Assembly: GCA_965224465.1 (NCBI GenBank)
Contig: OZ245049.1
Coordinates: forward strand, 5,160,001-5,192,000
From: Flavobacteriaceae bacterium
GTDB lineage: Bacteria > Bacteroidota > Bacteroidia > Flavobacteriales > Flavobacteriaceae
Reading direction: 5' to 3'
Length of the DNA: 32,000 bases
The notes under the pieces were generated by a model. The model saw only the letters and a list, made by a program, of their open reading frames with translations. It did not search any database and was not told where the DNA came from. Each line of letters starts with the position of its first letter. Within the stretch, counting starts at the first letter, position 1. The position numbers and the translations under genes were made by a program. Positions 26,590 to 32,000 of the stretch are shown piece by piece.

Positions 26590-27702
26590 ATGAAACAAGA
26601 TTATTACGAAATATTAGGCATTTCTAAGAATGCAACGGCTACTGAAATAAAGAAAGCATACCGTAAAAAAGCCATTCAGTATCATCCAGATAAGAACCCT
26701 GATGATAAATCTGCAGAGGATAAGTTTAAAGAATCAGCAGAGGCATATGAAATTCTTAGCGATGGGAATAAAAAGGCAAAGTACGATCAATATGGTCACG
26801 CTGCATTTGATGGAAATCAAGGTGGCTTTGGCGGTGGCGGCATGAACATGGACGATATCTTTAGTCAGTTTGGAGATATCTTTGGTGGCGGTGGCTTTGG
26901 TGGTGGATTCGGTGGTGGAGGCCGCTCTGCTCGTATCAAAGGAAGTAATATGCGTATTCGTGTAAAACTATCGCTAGAAGAAATTGCAAACGGTGTAGAG
27001 AAAAAAGTAAAAGTAAAACGTAAAGTACAGGCTTCTGATGCAGAATTTTCTACATGTGGAACGTGTAAAGGTAGTGGACAAGTCATGCGAGTTACCAATA
27101 CAATACTTGGACGTATGCAATCTGCATCCACATGTCCTACTTGTCAAGGAGCAGGACAATCTTTAAGCAATAGACCTAAAGGTGCTGACAGCAATGGGAT
27201 GATCAGTAAAGAAGAAACTGTTTCTATTAATATTCCAGCAGGTGTTACAGAAGGTGTTCAGTTAAAAGTTGCAGGTAAAGGAAATGAAGCGCCAGGTAAA
27301 AACTCTATTTCTGGTGATTTATTAGTCTTAATTGAAGAAAAAGAGCATCAAACTCTTAAAAGAGAGGGAACCAATTTACATTTTGATTTGTATATTAATT
27401 TTTCAGAAGCCGTTTTAGGAGCAAAGAAAAATATTGATACCGTTTCTGGAAAAGTAAAAATTCCAATCGAAGCAGGTACGCAATCAGGAAAAATATTAAG
27501 GTTAAAAGGAAAGGGATTGCCTAGTATTGAACATTACGGAACTGGGGATTTATTGGTACATGTGAATGTATGGACGCCTCAACAGCTTTCTAAGGAACAA
27601 AAAGACTTTTTTGAAGAAAACTTAGCGGATGATAATTTTACACCATCTCCTTCATTATCAGAGAAATCATTTTTCGAAAAAGTTAAAGATATGTTTTCTT
27701 AA
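26590..27702 (+). CDS. dnaJ: Molecular chaperone DnaJ (type I-like, reduced zinc-finger domain)
   Basis: 370 aa with a J domain ([13 protein letters not shown]..., HPD), a Gly/Phe-rich linker, a Cys-rich region holding only two CxxCxGxG repeats, and C-terminal substrate-binding domains. Confidence 0.95.
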   Translation: MKQDYYEILGISKNATATEIKKAYRKKAIQYHPDKNPDDKSAEDKFKESAEAYEILSDGNKKAKYDQYGHAAFDGNQGGFGGGGMNMDDIFSQFGDIFGGGGFGGGFGGGGRSARIKGSNMRIRVKLSLEEIANGVEKKVKVKRKVQASDAEFSTCGTCKGSGQVMRVTNTILGRMQSASTCPTCQGAGQSLSNRPKGADSNGMISKEETVSINIPAGVTEGVQLKVAGKGNEAPGKNSISGDLLVLIEEKEHQTLKREGTNLHFDLYINFSEAVLGAKKNIDTVSGKVKIPIEAGTQSGKILRLKGKGLPSIEHYGTGDLLVHVNVWTPQQLSKEQKDFFEENLADDNFTPSPSLSEKSFFEKVKDMFS

Positions 27703-27744
27703 ATAATTTTAAAAAGAAGGTATACGAATTAGAAAAAATAATAG

Positions 27745-27833
27745 TATATTTGACTGTTGTTAGCCTTGAGCTAATAACAACTTTTTCTTTTTCATAGCAA
27801 TTTTCCCACTTAATTTTTTTTAAGTGGGTTTTT
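27745..27833 (+). ncRNA. Candidate small RNA module, copy 1 (-7 box, hairpin, U/C-rich linker, terminator hairpin)
   Basis: Components: tatatttg (27745-27752); stem gttgtta / taacaac (27756-27762 / 27775-27781); linker ctttttctttttcatagcaatttt; terminator cccactta / taagtggg (27805-27812 / 27821-27828) plus ttttt. It starts 43 nt after the dnaJ stop, so it may also act as the dnaJ terminator or as a 3'-UTR RNA. Confidence 0.4.
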
Positions 27834-28140
27834 CTTTTGCCTTTAATTTTTGTTTTAGAACATAAAATGCCACTAAAGTGACATCACGTATAATTTAAAC
27901 GTATTCTTATAAAATATACAGGATTAAACAGAAACAAAAGAGTCTCTTATGTTTTATTCTTGGTAGTTTTACTTTGTGGGCTCGCTAGGCGTAGAGTAAG
28001 GGGACATTGAACCTTATAGAGGATTCTAGCGCGCGTATAACTACATAAGACTAAGAGAGTATTCTATTTAGAACCGTTGTTTTTGAGAAGATTTTAACAA
28101 AAAAACACAGTATTTTTTTGCACAGTATGAGATATAGTTC

Positions 28141-28232
28141 TATATTTGCAATGTTATTAACTTCTATGTTAATAACACTTTTTCTTTTTCATAGCAATTT
28201 TCCCACTTAGATTTTTTTTAAGTGGGTTTTTT
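28141..28232 (+). ncRNA. Candidate small RNA module, copy 2 (paralog of 27745-27833)
   Basis: Components: tatatttg (28141-28148), with a TTTG about 20 nt upstream as a possible -33 element; stem gttattaac / gttaataac (28153-28161 / 28168-28176); an almost identical linker; terminator cccactta / taagtggg (28202-28209 / 28219-28226) plus tttttt. Confidence 0.45.
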
Positions 28233-28559
28233 ATGTGAAGTTCGTAAGTCTGTGTTTATGTAATGGTTTTACCTAAAATTATTCAACCAATTAAACCTTA
28301 TAATCTAGCATTATATCGTTTTTTTTTTTCGAATAAAATAGAGTATTGTTACAAGCAGAAGCTAAGCTATCTTAGTTTACAACATATAATTCAATAGCAT
28401 CATAACGCTATTTATAAATTAAGTTGTTAGAATTTGTATATGGTTTATCCTATAGTTGTTATTTGACCTTGTTTCAGTTTTTTATAGCTCTATTTTTCCG
28501 CTCATATCTCCCCCCTAAATATATTTTCTATATTTAGGTAATTAATCCAGATAAAACAA

Positions 28560-28567
28560 TACTTTTG
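28560..28567 (+). promoter_or_regulatory. -7 promoter box (TActTTTG) of rnpB
   Basis: tacttttg ends 6-7 nt before the first base of RNase P helix P1. Confidence 0.5.
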
Positions 28568-28573
28568 CAGCCG

Positions 28574-28872
28574 AGCAGACCATCTTATCGCTTTTGTAAA
28601 AAAGAGGAAAGTCCGGACACCATAGAGTAGCATAGCGGGTAACGCCCGTCCGGCGAGAGTCGAGGACAAGTGCAACAGAAAGCAAGTACAGTTCGGCTGT
28701 AGTGAAACCAGGTAAACTCTATGCGGTGCAATACCACGTATATTGGAAATTGAGAACTACTCGTTCGATTCCAAGGGGTAGGTAGTTAAAATTGTATAGT
28801 AATATACAATGTAGATAAATGATAAGAACCTTTTACATGTAAAAGGGACAGAATCCGGCTTATCGGTCTGCT
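28574..28872 (+). ncRNA. rnpB: RNase P RNA, bacterial type A
   Basis: Universally conserved blocks are present: gaggaaagtccgg(a)cac, gggtaacgcccg, agtgcaacagaaagc and acagaatccggcttatcgg. P1 pairs agcagacc (28574-28581) with ggtctgct (28865-28872), and a T-run follows. The ends are good to a few nt. Confidence 0.92.
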
Positions 28873-29022
28873 TTTTTATTCATTATTTTTATCAAATAAT
28901 GAATTCAAACTGTTTTTAGACGGCTTATTTTAATGATTATGACTTATTTACCCAAAATAGTATAAGATTCATACAAATACTATTGATTTCATAAAAATCT
29001 TTTAAAAGATGCATCTATTTTG

Positions 29023-29030
29023 TAATTTTG
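29023..29030 (+). promoter_or_regulatory. -7 promoter box (TAatTTTG) upstream of aconitase
   Basis: taattttg ends 28 nt before the ATG. Confidence 0.35.
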
Positions 29031-29058
29031 TAAGACTTAACAAAAATAAAAATATATT

Positions 29059-31323
29059 ATGGCATTTGATATTGATATGATAAAAAATGTTTACGACAGA
29101 ATGGCGGAGCGCGTAGATGCGGCTCGTGAAAAAGTTGGTAAACCTTTAACCTTAGCAGAAAAAATATTGTACAATCACCTTTGGGACGGCAAAGCTAATA
29201 CAGCTTATTCTAGAGGTAAAGATTATGTGGATTTTGCTCCAGACAGAATTGCGTGTCAAGATGCAACTGCTCAAATGGCACTGTTGCAATTTATGCAAGC
29301 GGGAAAATCAAAAGTTGCAGTGCCTACTACTGTGCATTGTGATCATTTGATCCTGGCAAAAAATGGAGCGAGTATTGATTTGCCTTTTGCAAATAAAACG
29401 TCTGCAGAAGTTTTTGATTTTTTAGGTGCTGTATCTAATAAATATGGAATTGGGTTTTGGAAGCCTGGAGCTGGAATTATCCATCAAGTAGTATTGGAAA
29501 ATTATGCCTTTCCAGGAGGTATGATGATTGGTACGGATTCACATACCGTAAATGCTGGTGGTCTTGGAATGGTAGCGATTGGTGTAGGAGGAGCAGATGC
29601 TGTAGATGTGATGGCAGGAATGCCTTGGGAATTAAAGTTTCCTAAACTAATAGGTGTGAAATTAACAGGTAAATTAAGTGGTTGGACTGCACCAAAAGAT
29701 GTGATTCTTAAAGTAGCAGGGATTTTAACTGCAAAAGGTGGAACAGGTGCTATTGTTGAGTATTTCGGAGAAGGAGCTATTGGAATGTCTTGTACAGGAA
29801 AAGGAACCATCTGTAATATGGGGGCAGAAATTGGAGCAACTACTTCTACGTTTGGATACGACGCTTCTATGGAGCGCTATTTACGTGCTACGGATAGATC
29901 GGATGTTGCAGATGCAGCAAATAAAGTGAAAGAATATTTAACTGGAGACCCAGAAGTATACGCAAATCCAGAAAAATATTTTGATCAGTTGATTGAAATT
30001 AATTTGGATGAATTATTACCACATATAAATGGTCCTTTTTCTCCTGATGTAGCTACAGAAGTAGGAGGAATGCATGCAAAAGCTACTAAAAATGGATGGC
30101 CATTGGATGTAGAATGGGGATTGATAGGTTCTTGTACAAATTCATCATACGAAGATTTGTCTAGAGCTGCATCTATAGCAAAACAAGCCGTTGATAAAGG
30201 CTTGGTTTCAAAAGCAGATTTCGGAATTAATCCAGGTTCTGAACAAGTACGCTATACTGCCGAACGTGATGGATTGATACAAATATTTGAAGATTTAAAT
30301 GCCAAGATATTCACCAATGCATGCGGTCCATGTATCGGGCAATGGGCACGATATAGTGACCCTAAAAATGCACCTAAAAATTCTATAATTCATTCTTTTA
30401 ACCGTAATTTCAGTAAAAGAGCTGATGGTAATCCTAATACCCATGCCTTTGTAGCTTCTCCTGAAATGGTTGCTGCTGTTGCTATTTCTGGTCGTTTGGA
30501 TTTTAATCCAATAACAGATACTTTGACAAATAAAAATGGAGAAGAAGTTAAATTTGATGAACCAACTGGTTTTGAATTACCACCACTAGGGTTTGAAGTA
30601 AAGGATTCTGGATTTGTAGCTCCTATGAAAGATGGTAGCGGAATCGTTATCAGTGTTTCTGATACTTCTGAAAGATTGCAATTACTGATCCCATTTACAC
30701 CATTAGGGAGTGATATTTCGGGAGCTAAGCTATTGATAAAAGCTAAAGGTAAATGTACAACGGATCATATTTCAATGGCGGGACCTTGGTTAAAATACAG
30801 AGGGCATTTGGATAATATTTCTAACAATTGTTTGATTGGTGCAGTGAATTTCTTTAATGAGAAAACCGATACAATTAAAAATCAATTGACAGGTGAGTAT
30901 GGTGCAGTGCCTGCTACGGCAAGAGCCTATAAAGCCGCAGGGTTAAAATCATTAGTTTTTGGAGAGCATAACTACGGGGAAGGATCTTCTCGTGAACATG
31001 CCGCTATGGAGCCTCGTCATTTAGGGGTAGCAGCTGTTATTGTGAAATCATTTGCGCGTATTCATGAGACAAATTTGAAGAAACAAGGAATGTTAGGGTT
31101 GACGTTTTCAAATGAAGCAGATTATGACTTGATTCAGGAAAATGATACTTTTAGTTTTACAGATTTAGACGTGTTTAAACCAGGGAAACAATTAGCGTTG
31201 GAAATTACACACGATGATGGAACCAAAGATTTAATCAAACTAAATCATACATATAATGCGGGTCAAATAGATTGGTATAATGAGGGTTCTGCTTTAAATT
31301 TGATTAAAAAAGAGAACGTTTAA
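29059..31323 (+). CDS. acnA: Aconitate hydratase (monomeric, mitochondrial-type ~750-aa form)
   Basis: 754 aa. It has [19 protein letters not shown], and the Fe-S ligand contexts [11 protein letters not shown] and [10 protein letters not shown], plus the swivel-domain GSSREHAA. Confidence 0.95.
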   Translation: MAFDIDMIKNVYDRMAERVDAAREKVGKPLTLAEKILYNHLWDGKANTAYSRGKDYVDFAPDRIACQDATAQMALLQFMQAGKSKVAVPTTVHCDHLILAKNGASIDLPFANKTSAEVFDFLGAVSNKYGIGFWKPGAGIIHQVVLENYAFPGGMMIGTDSHTVNAGGLGMVAIGVGGADAVDVMAGMPWELKFPKLIGVKLTGKLSGWTAPKDVILKVAGILTAKGGTGAIVEYFGEGAIGMSCTGKGTICNMGAEIGATTSTFGYDASMERYLRATDRSDVADAANKVKEYLTGDPEVYANPEKYFDQLIEINLDELLPHINGPFSPDVATEVGGMHAKATKNGWPLDVEWGLIGSCTNSSYEDLSRAASIAKQAVDKGLVSKADFGINPGSEQVRYTAERDGLIQIFEDLNAKIFTNACGPCIGQWARYSDPKNAPKNSIIHSFNRNFSKRADGNPNTHAFVASPEMVAAVAISGRLDFNPITDTLTNKNGEEVKFDEPTGFELPPLGFEVKDSGFVAPMKDGSGIVISVSDTSERLQLLIPFTPLGSDISGAKLLIKAKGKCTTDHISMAGPWLKYRGHLDNISNNCLIGAVNFFNEKTDTIKNQLTGEYGAVPATARAYKAAGLKSLVFGEHNYGEGSSREHAAMEPRHLGVAAVIVKSFARIHETNLKKQGMLGLTFSNEADYDLIQENDTFSFTDLDVFKPGKQLALEITHDDGTKDLIKLNHTYNAGQIDWYNEGSALNLIKKENV

Positions 31324-31358
31324 GATATTAGAGATTAAGATATTATTTTTTTAAAAAA

Positions 31359-31387
31359 ACTTGTAGCATTCGCTACAAGTTTTTTTT
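31359..31387 (+). terminator. Rho-independent terminator after aconitase
   Basis: acttgtagc / attc loop / gctacaagt forms a perfect 9-bp stem. It is preceded by an A-run and followed by ttttttt. Confidence 0.8.
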
Positions 31388-31442
31388 GTATATTTAAATC
31401 GTAAAGCTGTTAGATTTAAGTTTTTTTAAAAAATATATTACA

Positions 31443-32000
31443 ATGCGACATTTCTGGATTCTTGAAAATGTAAACTTATTTAAAATTTTGTGTCCCCATA
31501 AATTTTCGGATTATAAGGATTGCCATGTTTTTGATCGTTATAAAAAGGATGATTATGTCTATTTTTCAGAGGACCTGTCCAATAAAGTGTATTTGATAGA
31601 AAAAGGAAAGGTTAAGATAGGCTATTATACAGAAGCGGGTAGTGAGGTTATAAAATGTATCCTTTCTAAAGGTGAGCTGTTTGGTGAAAAAGCTATATTG
31701 GGAGAAGAAGCACGAAATGAATTTGCGCAATCAATTGATACTAAAACTACCATTTGCCCTATTGAGGTTTCTGTATTACATGATTTAATGAAAGAAAATC
31801 AAACATTTACATTGAAAATATATAAGTTTTTAAATTTTAGATTCAAAAAATTAGAGCGTAGGTTAGAAGTTTTACTGTTTAAAGATGCAAGGGATCGTGT
31901 GTTGGATTTTTTATTAGAATTGGCAGAAGAATATGGTGATTGCTGTCCTGATACAGGAAATACAATAATTAAACATCCGTATTCTCAAAAAAATATTGCC
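31443..32000 (+). CDS. Crp/Fnr-family transcriptional regulator (C-terminus beyond the window)
   Basis: Absent from the track (runs off the edge). My translation is MRHFWILENVNLFKILCPHKFSDYKDCHVFDRYKKDDYVYFSEDLSNKVYLIEKGKVKIGYYTEAGSEVIKCILSKGELFGEKAILGEE...RVLDFLLELAEEYG. This is a cNMP-binding beta-barrel (GELFGE) followed by the start of the C-terminal HTH region. Confidence 0.8.
   Translation, partial: MRHFWILENVNLFKILCPHKFSDYKDCHVFDRYKKDDYVYFSEDLSNKVYLIEKGKVKIGYYTEAGSEVIKCILSKGELFGEKAILGEEARNEFAQSIDTKTTICPIEVSVLHDLMKENQTFTLKIYKFLNFRFKKLERRLEVLLFKDARDRVLDFLLELAEEYGDCCPDTGNTIIKHPYSQKNIA

Noticed and set aside
27745-28232. CRISPR array or minus-strand mini-ORFs as an explanation for the two ~90-bp repeats
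   Set aside because: There are only two copies about 400 bp apart, each with its own terminator hairpin and T-run, and no cas genes. That rules out CRISPR. The minus-strand peptides (MKKKKLLLAQG-stop vs MKKKKCY-stop) diverge immediately after the Lys run, so coding is not conserved.
28740-28800. tRNA-like T-arm sequence (gttcgattcc) suggesting a tRNA gene
   Set aside because: It lies inside the RNase P RNA (28574-28872). No acceptor or anticodon stem can be built around it.
22098-29929. Short embedded ORFs inside uvrD, murA, dnaJ and aconitase (e.g. 22098-22289, 22359-22583, 23522-23755, 25183-25392, 26865-27131, 26974-27159, 29457-29645, 29502-29810, 29738-29929)
   Set aside because: All are nested within strongly conserved genes. 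The 26865-27131 ORF merely reads the antisense of the DnaJ Gly/Phe-rich linker (a [13 protein letters not shown] run), and the aconitase ones are alternative frames of a locally GC-richer stretch.

Overview
Low-GC chromosomal segment that looks like Flavobacteriia/Bacteroidota. The signs are TAnnTTTG -7 promoter boxes in front of many genes, no obvious Shine-Dalgarno sequences, and Bacteroidota-style neighbourhoods (DUF4290-murA; B12 riboswitch-btuB-lipoprotein). Most of the window is housekeeping: a partial FucP/GluP-type MFS permease, ychF, parE-parC, a cobU-cobT-cobS-btuF-like salvage operon facing a riboswitch-controlled btuB plus BtuG-like lipoprotein, an SDR, uvrD/pcrA-type helicase, DUF4290-murA, grpE-dnaJ, RNase P RNA, aconitase and a partial Crp/Fnr regulator. 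There are three accessory or unusual parts. (1) A compact convergent restriction-modification-like pair sits between parC and the cobalamin operon: a 236-aa unassigned protein plus an HTH-fused C5 cytosine methyltransferase, with reading frames overlapping by 55 bp at their 3' ends. (2) An IS30-family element has inserted into a gene built from two tandem paralogous domains. It is flanked by an in-frame 11-bp near-perfect direct repeat. (3) A 1.35-kb non-coding stretch between dnaJ and aconitase holds rnpB and two paralogous promoter-hairpin-terminator modules. They share a pyrimidine-rich anti-start-codon-like single-stranded segment and show one compensatory base-pair change, so they are candidate small RNAs. 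Protein-level oddities are a DnaJ with only one zinc centre, a MurA with Asp at the fosfomycin-target Cys position, and an SDR with S/R where the catalytic Y/K normally sit. No CRISPR array, tRNA, rRNA or prophage was seen. Every functional call rests on motif recognition by eye; no database search was possible.
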